DNA from: Amoebidium appalachense
Taxonomy: Eukaryota > Protista > Ichthyosporea
Reading direction: 5' to 3'
DNA: 64,000 nucleotides
Assembly (NCBI GenBank): GCA_963693365.1
Contig: CAVNZM010000014.1
Coordinates: 4,154,001-4,218,000, forward strand
Below, piece after piece: positions 18,757 to 32,621 of this stretch; position 1 is the stretch's first letter, and each line of letters starts with the position of its first letter. The notes beneath the pieces were generated by a model. That model made no database searches, was not told where the DNA came from, and saw only the letters and a list, made by a program, of their open reading frames with translations. Both the position numbers and the translations under genes were made by a program.

Positions 18757-19898
18757 CTATTTTGCCTGCTTTGGCTTGCCTTTGCCCTTTGCCTTGCCTT
18801 TGCCCTCAAATCCCGGCCTGCTCTTCTTGTTGCCCTGTGGACACCAAACATCCCGTCAGCTACTATCCCCCCCCCCCCCCCCCCCCCCCCCCCCAAACAA
18901 AAAAACCCCACGCAGAGCTGCATCCCGCCCCACCCTGACAAACACAAGTACATGCTTTTCACTTTTCAACCCTGCCCATGCCACTATTCCCCCTACACAC
19001 ACCCACGGTATCCTTCTTAACCATGCCGCTACTATTTCCAGCCCCCCCCCCCCCTTCCCCTCCCCTCCCGCCTCAGGTCCTTCCCCTCCCCCCCCCCCAA
19101 AACACACGCGCTTCCTTCTTGCCCATGCCACCACTACCCCCCCCCCAGCCACATACACACACCCACACTGCATCCCCCTTGCCCCCCCATACCTTCTCCT
19201 GCTTGCCCATCCTCTTATCCTTGGCTGCCTGTATGCGTGCCTGAATGTTGCTGTTCCTCTGTGCAATCCGCTTGGCCACAGCATCTTCCACGGCCTTCTC
19301 TCGTGTTTTCCTGCAGCCCCAAAATCCCATCAGCATTCAACTTTATAACCCTCCCCCCCCCTCCCCCCCCCCCTCTCTCCCCACCCCCCTACCAGTCCTT
19401 GCTGCTCTTCATCTTCTGCTTCTCCTTCCTCTTGATTGCCTTTTTTAGTAATTTGACGTCATCGGCCTGTTTGATGCCTTGGGCCATGGCCAGGGCCTTG
19501 CGCTGGGCCGCCTTTTCAGCTACCTCGGCACCCTGTGTGTGTGTGTGTGTGTGAGTGAGTGTGTGTGTGAGTGTGAGTGTGAGTGTGTGTGAGTGTGAGT
19601 GTGAGTGTGAGTGTATGAGTGTGTGAGTGTGTGTGCGTGCACACACACGTGCGAAGAGGGTGTTTTGTGTGTGAGTTAACGTCAGTTAGAGCATTGTCAG
19701 TGTGCACATGGAAAGGGTGGGTGCGCCTGTGTGCACTCGGAAAAGGAGGGGTCGGTGTGCGAGTACACTGTGTGTGCATGAGTGCACAGATGTGTGAATG
19801 TTTGAGTATGCAAATGTGTCTTTGCGCACGTGAAAAGGATATGTGTACGTCAGTGCCACATGAATATGTGATGTGTGGGTGAGTTGGTGTGTGTGAGC

Positions 19899-19939
<41 letters not shown>

Positions 19940-20236
19940 CACTGTGTACATGCAAATGTGTGTGTGCGCGTGTGCGCGCGTGTGGGGGCACACAGGCTGT
20001 ATACATGAAAAGCTTGTGTGGGTAAGTAAATGCACATGAAAAAGATGTGAGCTGTGTGTGTGTGTGTGTGTGTATGTGTGTGTGTGTGTGCGTGCACGCG
20101 CGCACATGTGAAGACACCGTGTGAGGGTGTAAGAGGATTCCTAGAGGAGGGAATGCCTGTGTCTGTGTGTGCGTGTGTGGATTTGTGAATGGTGGCTGAG
20201 TGCTCATAGATAATTGTGCGTCTGCACGATGCGTAC

Positions 20237-20296
<60 letters not shown>

Positions 20297-21060
20297 ACTA
20301 GTATGCCTATGGCATGCAAGTGTGTGCAAGTGTTGTATCTGTGCATTAGCATGTCTATGGCATTGCAAGTGTGTGCAAGTGCGTGCATGTGTCTGTGTGC
20401 AAGTGTGTGTGTATATGTGCGTGCATATCTGTGTACTTGCATGTGTGATTGTGTGTGTAGGTGTCTCTCTTGTGTGCGTGTGCTGTGGCATGTATGCTAG
20501 TGTGTGTGTTCCGTGGCATGCATGCATGCTTGTGAACGCGTGTGCGAGCGCGCATGCGTGTGCGATGTGGCATGTGTGTGTGTGCATGTGTGGGTGTGAA
20601 TATGTGTGGCTTAAATGCATGCATGCACGTATGTATGATGTACTGTGGCATATGCGGGTGTGTGCTGTGACATGCATGCCTGCTTTTGTGTGTGTGTGTG
20701 GGGTATGTGCGGCTTGCATTCATGCATGTCCGTATAAAAATACTGTGGCATGAAAGTGTGTATGTGTGCCGTGGCATGCACGTGTGTGTGTGTGTCGTGG
20801 CACACAAACGTGTGTGCCTGTGTGATCCTCCACCTTCTTGCTGTCCTCCGCCTTCAACTTGTCCATCTTGGCCTGTGCTGTCTCGGCCTGCAACCAGCCA
20901 GTCAACCCATGCACACCCCTCTCAAAGTGGCAGCTCGACACAGAAAACCCATAGCACCCCCCCCCCCCCCCCCCACCCCCGCATCCCAGCAGGCCCACAC
21001 CACCTCCCCACCCGTGGGTCTGTAACGTGCTGTGCCCCAAATTCCTCCTCAACCTTGGAA

Positions 21061-21107
<47 letters not shown>

Positions 21108-21782
21108 AAAGCTAACAATGGATCCTTCTGCACCCACCAATAATTTGAGCCTCCCTGCAACCTTTATGAAATATCAACCCCCCATCTCCTCCCTGAACCC
21201 ACCGTATAAAAAACCCCTTGCACATCCGTCACCCAAAGCACCCACCTGCGCATACCCCCCCCCCCCCCCCCCCCCCCCCCAAAGCACCCAGCCTGGCATA
21301 AAACCCCTCAAGCACCCTCCCTGGCATAAACCGCTACCAAGGACCGTCCCCTGCCATACCCCCCCCCCCCTCCCTACCAGCCTGCCTAACCCCCCCCCCC
21401 TACCAGCCTGCCATAAACCCCCCCTCTACCAGCCTGCCTAACCCCCCCCCTCTACCAGCCTGCCATAAACCCGCCCCCTCTACCAGCCTGCCTACCCCCC
21501 CCCCCCTCTACCAGCCTGCCATAACCCCCCCCCTACCAACCAGCCATAAACCCCCCCTTTACCACCCTGCCATAAACCCCCCCTTTACCTTAGCCAGCAG
21601 CTGCTTGAGGCTGCCCTTTGCGGCCTTCTTCTTCTTCTCCAAGACTCCAAAATCGAACTTGCTGTACACTAGCCCCCCCTCCCCCCCTCCCCCTTGCCCT
21701 CTGCCTTCACGTGCACCCGCTGCTGCTCCCCCCTGTCTGCCCCCACCGTGACCCCTGCAGCCCCAGCACTCAGCATCCAGCC

Positions 21783-21819
<37 letters not shown>

Positions 21820-22276
21820 CGTACCCTTTTTCTTCTTCGGCTTTGCCTTGTCCTCTGCACGCCTCTTTTTTGTTGCCGGACCGTTCTGGTCGTTTGCATG
21901 GCGCTTCTGCCTCAACTGCTCTATTCTGCTCTTGATCCGGTCCCTGTGCCCAAATAGATCCGTCAGCCTGCTGGCCCCCCTCCCTTACCCCCCCCAAAAC
22001 CCCCCCCGCACTTACTTGAGCTCCTTGATGGACCCAGCCAGCTGCACGTTTGCTTGTGGTCTTGCTGGTTGCTCCTCGACCTCCTTTTCGGCCTCCTCTC
22101 TGTACCAACTCGGTTAGCTCAATCTCTCCTTACCCCCCCCCCCCCCCCCTTTCCCCCCTCCCCTCCTTTTCTTACGTCGCCTGTGCCGCCTGCTGTGCCT
22201 GCAATTCCAGTACTGTCGGGTGGGGTGCCTCGGGGTCCAGCTGCAGCCCTGGTCAGCCACACACCATACAGCACCC

Positions 22277-22312
<36 letters not shown>

Positions 22313-22785
22313 AGCTCACATGCACACACAAAAGCACACACACACATACACATAGACAAGCATACACACACACAAGCGCAGACACGCGCGCGCGCGCGCG
22401 CACACACACACACACACCTTGAGGCGCTTTGCCCGCTTTGTGTTCTCCTTGACCACCTGCTTTGGTGCGCGCTCCTTCTTGTTCTGACCGTACTTTCTCT
22501 GCAGCCCAGCCCGTCAGCTACTCTGCCCGGTCCGTCCCCCCCCCTCCCCCCCCCCCCCCCCCCCCTCCCTCACCCCCTGCACGTACCCAGGAGCCGCCCA
22601 GGCTCTGGTCCTCGTCAGCCAGGTAGTACTTTGCCGGCACCACGCCCACCAGCTCACGCAGTACACCGTCGTGCCGTGCCAGCCGCTCCTGCCCAGCCCG
22701 TCAGCTGTGCCCTGCCCCAGCGCCGCGCCAAAGAGACACGCACCTGCAGCTGCGCACGCAGCTCACTCGCTGCTGACGACCCCAT
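18757..22785 (-). CDS. SURF6: Surfeit locus protein 6 / Rrp14 (multi-exon)
   Basis: Exons encode [17 protein letters not shown]|[49 protein letters not shown] and terminal RPGFEG. Confidence 0.88.
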
Positions 22786-22789
22786 AGTG

Positions 22790-22821
<32 letters not shown>

Positions 22822-23965
22822 CCACCACCCCCTTGTCAACCTATTCTACACAAGGCTACTGCGCGCCGGCACGTGCTATCTTGGCTGATGATCTGCTCAC
22901 GCTCCGTATGTCCCTGAACTGCTATGCCGCTTCTCGGGCCATACTAAGACTTCCCTCTCAAGTGCACAACAGCAACACATGTGCATGTGGACACGGACAT
23001 CTTACGGTAGTCTAAAGACTGTAAATCCATGTAATCTCCAACTTAGCTGTTGCTGATTGCATGGGCAAAATTATCTAGTGACACATGACGTCACCTATGC
23101 AGACTTTGATGAGCCCCGCCGCTGGTAAGCCGCGGGCTTGGTGGGCCAGTATAGACCGGTTTAGAAATGATTTTTTTCAAATTCTGCCTAACCTTATATG
23201 GCTCACCGGAACAATTCGAATCTTGTGATTGGTTGCGCCAAAAGTAAGGGCCAAGGTAAGGGCCGCTCAGGCGGTGACACTGACAGGCCAAAATCTCAGA
23301 CCGACAGCCTCTCAAAAGCAGTTAGGCCCCGATTTTACTTAGAAAGTTGGTTTTCGTCCATAAGAAAAAGTTTTAGGATATAAAAAAGGCGCGCAAAAAT
23401 GATATAAGCAGTCGGGGTGCTCCGACAACGCCTACATCGCTAAAACCATCAAAACCCGTCTTGCATAGCCTCTTACCACCTTGCCTCGAGGTCGATCGTC
23501 CATGATGAAACTATGGTTTGCCTGTTTTCGCTACGAAATAGGCGCCGGACACCCCATGTTGCTATTACAAAAATTGCTTGTCGCTTTGTTTATCAAATTA
23601 TATATTAATGGAGCAAAACCCCTTTTCTATTCAAATTATTGAAAAGGATTTGGTATATGACCACCGATCACTCAGCCCTTCATTTCGCCAGTTTGGCTGG
23701 CTGGATCTCCCGAGAGCGAAGCAAACACATTGAGATTCTCAATTAGGAAATCTAAATTGGAAACCAGTACGGCGCATGACGTCAGGACCCTTCAGAACTA
23801 GGCTCGAGTTTGAGTTCATTCGCCATATGCATGATCATGATCATGAGAACTGAGACTCTGCTCGACTTGAAGCTTCTGGGCTGTTCCGTGGCCGGCTGCA
23901 GTGGCGTATTAGGAGGGTGCCGGTGAAGGACTGTTCCTAGTCCCCACCTTGTGTCGGTGTCAGCC

Positions 23966-24048
23966 ATGGCAGCAAGCAGCTGGGCCTTCAACTCGCGCAG
24001 GTCCAACGTCTATGCCAGAAATGGCATGGTGGCCACAAGGTGAAAACG

Positions 24049-24080
<32 letters not shown>

Positions 24081-24180
24081 CGCGCCTGCCCGCCCGCCTG
24101 CCTGCCCGCCCGCCCGCCTGCCCACCTGCCTGCCCGCTCGCCTGCCTGCCCGCCCGCCTGCCTGCCTGCCTGCCTGCCCG

Positions 24181-24224
<44 letters not shown>

Positions 24225-24582
24225 AACTCTGACTGGGGTGCAGCCAGCCGCTGGCCGTTGAGGCCGGGCTGCAGGTACTGAGGGCTGGCGGCAACGCGGC
24301 TGATGCGGCCGTGGCTGTGGCTGCAGCGCTCAACGTCACCGAGCCCACCTCGACAGGCATAGGTGCGTGCAGGGTGGGGGTGCATCTGTTTCTGGCCAGC
24401 CCGTGTGTGCGGGCAGACACGTGCTGATACCAGCACACACCAGGGGGCGACTGCTTCTGTCTGTTTTTTGACGCCAAGACCAAGAAGGTGCGCGCTCTCA
24501 ACGGCAGCGGTCGGGCACCGGCCGCACTGACTATTGAGGTGAGGATTTTTTTTTTTTTTTTTTTTTTTGGGGGGGGGGGGGT

Positions 24583-24617
<35 letters not shown>

Positions 24618-26482
24618 GTGGAGATGAGGCAGCTGACAAGGGGGTTGGGGGGAATAGCACCTACGGGCCAAAGGCTACACCGGTAACGAGCTACCAAAGT
24701 TTGACGTCAACACGGTCACCGTGCCTGGGGCAGCCGCAGGTACTGTGTGCATACGGTAGAGGGGATATGGGTACTGTGTGCATACGGTAGAGGGGATATG
24801 GGTGCTGTGTGCATGCGGTAGAGAGGATATAGGTACTGTGTGCATACGGTAGAGGGGGATATAGGCACTGTGTGCATACGGTAGAGGGGGATATAGGCAC
24901 TGTGTGCATATGGTAGAGGGGATAAGGGTACTGTGTGCATATGGTAGATGGGATATAGGTACTGTGGGCATATGGTAGAGGGGATATGGGTACTGTGTGC
25001 ATATGGTAGAGGGGATATAGTACTGTGTGCATATGGTAGATGGGATATAGGTACTGTGTGCATATGGTAGAGGGGAGATAGCTACTGTGTGCATATGGTA
25101 GAGGGGATATCGGTACTGTGTGCATATGGTAGAGGGGGACATAGGCACTGTGTGCATATGGTAGGGGGGATATAGGTACTGTGTGAATATGGTAGAGGGG
25201 ATATAGGTACTGTGTGCATATGGTAGAGGGGATATGGGTACTGTGTGCATATATGGTGGACGGAATATCGGTACTGTGTGCATATGGTAGAGGGGATATA
25301 GGTACTGTGTGCATATGGTAGAGGGGATAAGGGTACTGTGTGCATATGGTGGAGGGGATATAGGTACTGTGTGCATATGGTAGAGGGGATATCGGTACTG
25401 TGTGCATCCTATATGGTATAAGGGATATAGGTACTGTGCGCATATTTTGCCTTATGAGGGCAGTACTGGCCAGCTGGCAAATACACGCCGTTTTATCTGG
25501 ACCTGTGCGCTAGACATGAAGGTGACTTCGAAGCAAACAACATTCACCTCGTGAGCGTGTGTGCATGTACCTCTCTTGCTGTGGCAGGCCAAATATGCCA
25601 CCCTTCAGTACTACCAAAGAGAGATGCACACGGACACACACTGACGGCACAGACAGGGTGGGTGGATACGGTCGAGAACTTTGGAAGCGGCAGCCTCAGC
25701 ATGCAGGGTAGGTGGGCGGGGGGTGGGTGAAGGGGAATGTTGCGTACTGGTGCATGTTTTTTTGTGTTTGGTCACAGATCGGGAAGCACCTTGCCAGGAG
25801 AGAGCATGACCCCCCCCCCCCCGGGGGAGGGGGGAGGGGGGGGGGGGCGGATGGATAAAAGATGGTAAGAGGGAGGATGAGAGAAAGGAAAAGGGTGGGG
25901 CGGAGGAAAGACCGAAAGAGAGACTATGAGGGGGGTGGAGCTGGTGGTTGGGGGGGAAGGGTGGGGATGATTGAAGAGCGAGATTGAGAGAAAAGGCCTA
26001 GGGGTGTGAGGTAGGAGGGGGAGGGGGAATGCGAGAAGGGGAAGGTGATTTCGGATCTAATTTATGCTTTACGGTGAATGTAGGGAATATGGGAAGAAGT
26101 AAGTGGTGTGGGGGGGGCACTTATTGACGTGGGCATATGCAGACATTCTGCAGCCAGCCATCAACCTTGCCGAACAAGGGTGCGTGTGCCTGTCTGCTTT
26201 GCCCTTGCATAACCTGCATGTTCCCTAGTTACGCGTTCAGACTGTGGAGCTGGCCATGGCTCATGTGTGCCTGATTACTGTGTGTCCATTGAACATGAAA
26301 CAGTGTGTCTCCCTTGGTGAAGGTGAATGCTTGAGTTTTACTCGAAAGAATTAGTCACCTCTCGATACAACCCCCCCCCCTCCCCCTGGTTACACTCCGG
26401 GGGGCGTTATATTGTGGGGAACGCTATATCGTAATGTGTCTGTGTTCAAATCCTGCTTAAGACCCCAAGTCGGTGACATCGC

Positions 26483-26519
<37 letters not shown>

Positions 26520-27125
26520 CTGTATCATGGGGTGTTTTATCGAGTGGTGACTGTATGGAGGACAGAAGGTAAAAACACAAGTTATTACATACACCCTAAA
26601 CAACCGAGATATAAATATCGAATAACCAACTGGTGACTACGGATATCGCATGCAGGAGCCGCTTCATGTTATCTGAATTCTCTGGCTAACGTAGTCGAGC
26701 AGGATACAGTCAGTTGGCCAGAATCATATTTTAGCAAGAATATGTTCCGTTCCTTGCAGCAAGCTAGGCTCACAGACCATGCCACCCCTTTGCATGTGAG
26801 GGCACACCCACTGCATGGCCCCTACTGACCTGCCCTGCAGCTACCCCGTGGCGCCTGTGACTGCACAGAACTGGGCCAAGCAAGTGCACCTGCTGCGGAG
26901 CCAGTCCCCATACGGTATGTGGCCAATTGCTGCCCCGTGCACGTGCCATATTAGATTAAATGCTGACCCACCAAACAGGGGGCTGCTTCCTTGTGGACGG
27001 CACACGGGCACCCAGGGAGGGCGAGGTCATGCGCAACCCTGAGCTGGCTGAAACATTCCGCCTACTGGCCAGCCAGAGAAAGAAGGTGTGTGTGCATGTG
27101 GTGCGTGCGTGTTTGTGTGGTTTTT

Positions 27126-27195
<70 letters not shown>

Positions 27196-27262
27196 TATGG
27201 TGGTGTGTGTGTGTTGTGTGTGTATGTGTGTTGTGTGTGTGTGTGTGATGGTGGTTGTGTGT

Positions 27263-27293
<31 letters not shown>

Positions 27294-29011
27294 GAGTGTA
27301 GGAATGGAGGGCTGATAGGGGTGCACAGGGGTTCTACGAGGGGCGTGTGGCACAGGCCATTGTGTCTGTACTGCAGCAGAAGGGCGGTGTGATGGCACTC
27401 AGTGATCTGGCGCAGCACACTAGCAGCATAGTGGAGCCCATCAGGTGCATGCCCGTTAGATGTGGGGCCATGGGCCATGCAGCCACTGACTGGGGCATGC
27501 AGTCTGGACTACCACGGCGTGACCGTGTGGGAGTGCCCCCCCAACGGCCAGGGTGAGTGCCAGGGGGCCTTGGGTGGTGGCCTAGTGGGTGGTGCTGAGA
27601 GGTGTTCTTTTATTTATCTTATTATTATTATTATTATTTTTTCAGGGCTGGTGGCACTTGTGGCGCTGAACATCTTGCAGCATACGGACCTTGCCAGCCA
27701 CAAGCACACCTCAGCCGAGTACCTGCACATCCTGATCGAGGTGCGTGCCTGCTGCACCTGCACGTGCCTGGGCCCAGACACTGACACACCACCCAGGCTC
27801 TACGACTGGCCTTTGCCGATGCCCAGGCGCACCTTGCCGACCCCGAGCACGTTGCTGTGCCTGTGGCCCGGCTGCTGTCCACGGTGTGTCCCTGTGGGCC
27901 TGGGCCATATGCATCTCTGGGGCTGTTGCTGACACCATTGTAGGAGTACGGGGCAGAGCGGGCCAGGCTGATAGATGCCAGACGGGCCACGAGGGAGCTC
28001 AGCACGGGGGTGCCGTATGCCTCCAGCGACACGGTGTACCTGACCGTGGCCGACCAGTGGGGCAACGCCTGCAGCTTCATTGCACGTGCCCCCCCCCCGC
28101 CCCCCCTCCCCCCCTCTCCCCCCCTTCCCCCCCTCCCCCTCCCCATACCTCCCCTTCCCGGCTGCTAACCGCTGCACCAGAACTCCAACTACATGGGGTT
28201 TGGCAGCTGCATCGTGCCTGAGGGCTGTGGCTTCACCCTGCAAAATGTAGGTGCCCCTGATCGTAGCCTGCAGTGGCCACCCAACCATTTGGGGGGCTGA
28301 CATTGTTGGGGCACAGCGGGGGCACAACTTCACACTGGACAGCGGCCACCCCAACCACCTGGCCCCAGGTAGGTGCATGCAGCCAGGCAGGGGGGGGGGG
28401 GGGGGGGGGGGGGGGGGGAGGGGGAGGGGGGGGGGGGGGGGGGGGGGGGGGTGACGGGGGAGGGTGCAGGCAAGCGGCCGTACCACACGATCATCCCGGC
28501 CATGGTGACGAGGGATGGGGAGCTGTGGCTGTCATATGGGGTCATGGGGGGGTTCATGCAGCCACAGGGCCACGTGCAGGTGCTGGCCAGCATGCTGCAT
28601 TACCAAATGGGCCCCCAGCAGGCACTGGATACCCCGAGATTCTGCCTGCCTGATGGCACACACGGCCTGAGGGTGCTGGTGGAAGACGGCGTGGACAAGG
28701 ACACAGTGCAGGCACTGAGAGATATGGGCCACGAGGTGTGTGTGTGTGTGTGTGTAGAAACACATTCTGTCTCTCTCTGTGTGTGCATGCGCGTGCGCGC
28801 GAGTCCATGAGATTGGTTGCACGTAATCACATTGGCTTCCTTGCAGGTGTTGGTTGTGACGGACCTAGTTGGGGGCAGCTTCGACCCGTTCAGTGCACAC
28901 CCGCACATCGACCGAGGCTATTTTGGGCGGGGCCAGGTGATTGAGAACAGGGCCGGGGTGCTGTGTGCAGGCAGTGACCCCAGGGCTGACGGTTTGGCCA
29001 TGGGCTGGTAG
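23966..29011 (+). CDS. GGT: Gamma-glutamyltransferase (multi-exon)
   Basis: [45 protein letters not shown], catalytic [45 protein letters not shown]. Confidence 0.93.
24740..25445. repeat. Intronic 31-bp minisatellite beginning at the 5' splice site
   Basis: Unit gtactgtgtgcatatggtagaggggatatag, about 22 copies. Confidence 0.9.
26352..26553. mobile_element. Small pogo/Tc1-mariner-like MITE in a GGT intron
   Basis: TIRs agtcacctctcgatacaac and gttttatcgagtggtgactg followed by TA. Confidence 0.55.
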
Positions 29012-29065
29012 CCAGCCAGTCAGCATGTGTGCAATGTGGGTGCTGGGCCAAGGTCCCGGCCACCC

Positions 29066-29260
29066 ATGCATGCACCCTTTTATGTACAACATGCAACACC
29101 ACCGTGCATGCACCCTTATATGTACAACATGCAACACCACCATGCATGCACCCTTTTATGTACAACATGCAACACCACCATGCATGCACCCTTTTATGTA
29201 CAACATGCAACACCACCATGCATGCACCCTTTTATGTACAACATGCAACACCACCGTGCA
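29066..29260. repeat. 38-bp tandem repeat downstream of GGT
   Basis: tgcatgcacccttttatgtacaacatgcaacaccacca, about 5 copies. Confidence 0.9.
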
Positions 29261-29706
29261 TGTGCATGTGGGCCTTTATTCGTACCAGTCTGCTTCATTC
29301 GCATATGTTCGTGCATGGCTGTGCCTAGTATTCCACTCGCCACGAGAGGACAAACCTTTTTTTTTTCTTTTAAAAAAAATGTAAGTTTAAACCCTTCACA
29401 TAATTTAAATTCCGGAGAAACCCTAATTACACTTGTACTTATTTTTTTGTTGTACCCAGACATTCCAATGTGCCAGAGTAAAGCACAAACACTTGTACTT
29501 ATTTTTGGCTCTATCCAACCGTGTCAATGTGCCATGTCAAGCACAAACACCCAAGTATTCCAATCGTTTTCTCTCCTTAAACAATAAAAGAAAGCTGTCA
29601 ACCAGCTGCAGGCCTAACGGCCAATCACCAATCACAATGATGTCCAACCACACTGGAACATTACATTCCACAACACTAATTGGCCAATCAATCCATTTAG
29701 CCCACG

Positions 29707-30250
29707 CTATTGGCCCTCAGCATGCATGCTCAGTGTGTAGTCCTGCAGCCTACCCTCCTGTGTGCCCCTCAGCAGCAGGGCATCTCCAAAGATGCGGCAG
29801 CCAGCCACTGCACTAGCCTGCCTGTTAAGGGTGGGCATGGCCTGGCTGCCCGGCACACCCGCCAGCACCCACATGCTTCTGCCTTGGGCCCAGTGGGCCT
29901 GCACCTCACTGCATCCCAGCAGCACCCCCCACGCTCTGCAGCCACTCGTGTGCCCCCACCGTGCCCTGTGCCTGCACCTCGACCCCCAGTGCCTCCCCCG
30001 TGTCCCCCACCAGCAAAGTGCCCTGCAGCGGCACTGGCCGAGGAACGGTCCGGGCCAGCCGAAACCCTCTCTGGCCCGGCTCGGGTAGCCGGGGCTGCCT
30101 AATGGGCCCAAACACTGGCCGTGCGCGGGCCCGGTCCCAGGCCTGCCCAGCCCGGTCAGCCCCAATACCACATCCCCATCCACATGTATAGACGTATGCC
30201 AACAACCACCCATCCACCTGCTGCATGCCTTGGCAGTTCATTGTCCTCCC

Positions 30251-30281
<31 letters not shown>

Positions 30282-30301
30282 AAAAAGAAAGAAAAGAAAA
30301 G

Positions 30302-30345
<44 letters not shown>

Positions 30346-31526
30346 AGAGAGAGGGAGGGAGGGAGAGAGAGAGAGAGAGAGAGAATAGAGAGAGAGAGAC
30401 AAGGCCCACCTTTGTGGCCTTGGGCTTAGGCTGCCCGGGGCTGTTGTTTGGTGGGGGTGTGTCTTCCTCCTGGGGTCCTGCCAGTTCGGCACCTGCAGGG
30501 AGAGATTGGTTTGATCAGTTGACAAACCAAGGGTAGTGGGTTGGTTTGATTGGTTGAAGCACGAGGGCAAGGGGTTTGTTTGATTGGTTGAAGCATGAGG
30601 GCAAGGGGTTGGTTTGATTGGTTGACACCAGGGTAATGGGTTGGTTTGATTGGTTGACACCAGAGTAAGAGGTTGGTTTGATTGGTTGAAGCATGAGGGC
30701 AAGGGGTTGGTTTGATTAGTTGAAGCATGAGGGCAAGGGGTTGGTTTGATTGGTTGACACCAGGGTAATGGGTTGGTTTGATTGGTTGACACCAGAGCAA
30801 GAGGTTGGTTTGATTAGTTGACACCAGGGTAATGGGTTGGTTTGATTAGTTGACACCAGGGTAAGAGATTGGAGTGGATAGGCACAACCACCATGAGCCA
30901 AACGTGCTCCAAGATAAGACCTACCAAACACCAAGCAAATAACTTAAGACAAAGCACGTCTTTCTTGGGTCATTTAACTTGTGTCTCAGCATTCGTCCTT
31001 CCTGTTCATTCCCTTCTCCCCGTCCTTCATAGCAGGATGCATGCATGCACCATATCATCAAGGCTGATGCATGCATGCACTATATCATCAAGGCCTTCAT
31101 GATATGGTGCATGCATGCATCCTGCTATGAAGGACGTTGTTTCAACCAAACCAAGTGACTTTTGTGATCCTACATTCGTATTCCCTGCTTAGAAGGGGGG
31201 GGGGAGGGAGGGCAAGCAGAAATCATCAGAGTTGGAGGCCAACAATTGATGAACCCAAAGCCAGCTCCTCACCTAAGGACACGTAGGCCCAGGGAGAACA
31301 CGTACATAAAAATCTCAATCCATAACCCATGGTTCCTGCACACACCCTTCCATTCTATTGTTCGTCGTGCCGTGCAGACGACTTAGAAAGAAACCAAGGA
31401 CAACGGGGTCGGCAAGCAAACAGGCTAGGAATGTACCATCCCTTCCTTCATTCTTTCAATAATCTTAACAAGGGGAAGGGGGTGGGGGAAAGGGAGGAGG
31501 AGGGGGGGGAGAGAGGGAGGGAGGGA

Positions 31527-31559
<33 letters not shown>

Positions 31560-32621
31560 GGAGGGAGGGAGGGAGAGGTAGAGATAGAGAGAGAGGGAGA
31601 AGGAGAGGGGAGACAGGGAGGGAGGGAGAGAGAGAGAGCAAACGAGAGATTGAGAGAGAGGGGTTTGTGGGGGGGGGGGGGGGGGGGGGAGGCAGGGGGA
31701 AGGGAGGAAGGGAGGGGGGAGGGGGGAGGGGGGAGAGGGGGGGGGGGAAGAAGGAAGGGAGGGAGGGACGGAGGAGGGAGGGGGAGGGAGAGAGGGGGAG
31801 GTGGGGGGAGAGAGGGAGGGAAGTGAGGGAGGCATGGAGAGAGAGAGAGGGAGAGAGAGAGAGGGAGAGTGGGGGAGAGAGAAAGGGAGAGAGAGAGAGT
31901 GGGAGAGGGAGAGGAAGAGGGGGCGAGAGAGAGGGAGGGAGAGAGGGAGAGAGAGAGAGTGGGAGAGAGACCGACCGAGAGAGAGACCCACACCTGCTGA
32001 CTATTCACACTGCAACGAAAAAAAAAAACACGAAGCACATGCATACACCCAGAGACACATTGGCACACACTCTGGTAATATATAGTGGGGAGGGCAGGGA
32101 CAAGAAAGGACAGGCCAACATGGACTGAGGTCAGAAGGGGTGGTGGACAGGCAGGAGTGTAACAGGAGGGACACAGATAGCACCCAAAGGGTGTGAGAGG
32201 GGCGGAGAAGCAAGACGCGGGTAGAAAGAGACGAGCACCGGGGAAGAGGGGGCGGGGGGGGGGGGGGGGGGGGAGGGGGTTAGGATGGGTTATGGAGTAT
32301 TAAGTACACCATCAGAACGGACAACTCTGCCGAGTGCAAGCCACACATATAGAGTATGCATAAGTGGGGGGGGGGGAGGGGCGGGGGGGGGGGGGGGGGG
32401 GGGGGGGCACCACTTGGTTGGCTGTCTCCACTCCTGTCCACTGGCACGTCCAAGGGCAGGGCCCCCTCTCCTTCCGGGCTGTGTGTGTGTGCGTGCTGGC
32501 TGCCGTTGCTGTGCGCTGCCTCCTGCCTGCCTGCCTGTGCCCCCGCACATACGGAGGTGGGCTCGGCTGCTGCACCACTCACAGCAGCGTCGGAGCACGG
32601 TGGGCTCGGTGGGTCTTCCAT
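29707..32621 (-). CDS. Hypothetical multi-exon host gene
   Basis: GC-rich segments bounded by GT/AG and CTGAC branch points, from MEDPPSPP... to ...GRLQDYTLSMHAEGQ*; no family recognised. Confidence 0.4.
30505..30860. repeat. Intronic ~28-30-bp minisatellite
   Basis: Core ggttggtttgattggttga repeated about 12 times. Confidence 0.85.
31021..31136. repeat. Perfect 38-bp-arm foldback
   Basis: cgtccttcatagcaggatgcatgcatgcaccatatcat (31021-31058) and its exact reverse complement (31099-31136). Confidence 0.85.

Noticed and set aside
23084-23785. catgacgtca direct repeats flanking ~690 bp as a target-site duplication
   Set aside because: No TIRs seen; equally explained as CRE sites in the SURF6/GGT divergent promoter.
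24675-25443. Repeat-protein ORFs ([15 protein letters not shown]...)
   Set aside because: Antisense readings of the intronic 31-bp minisatellite.
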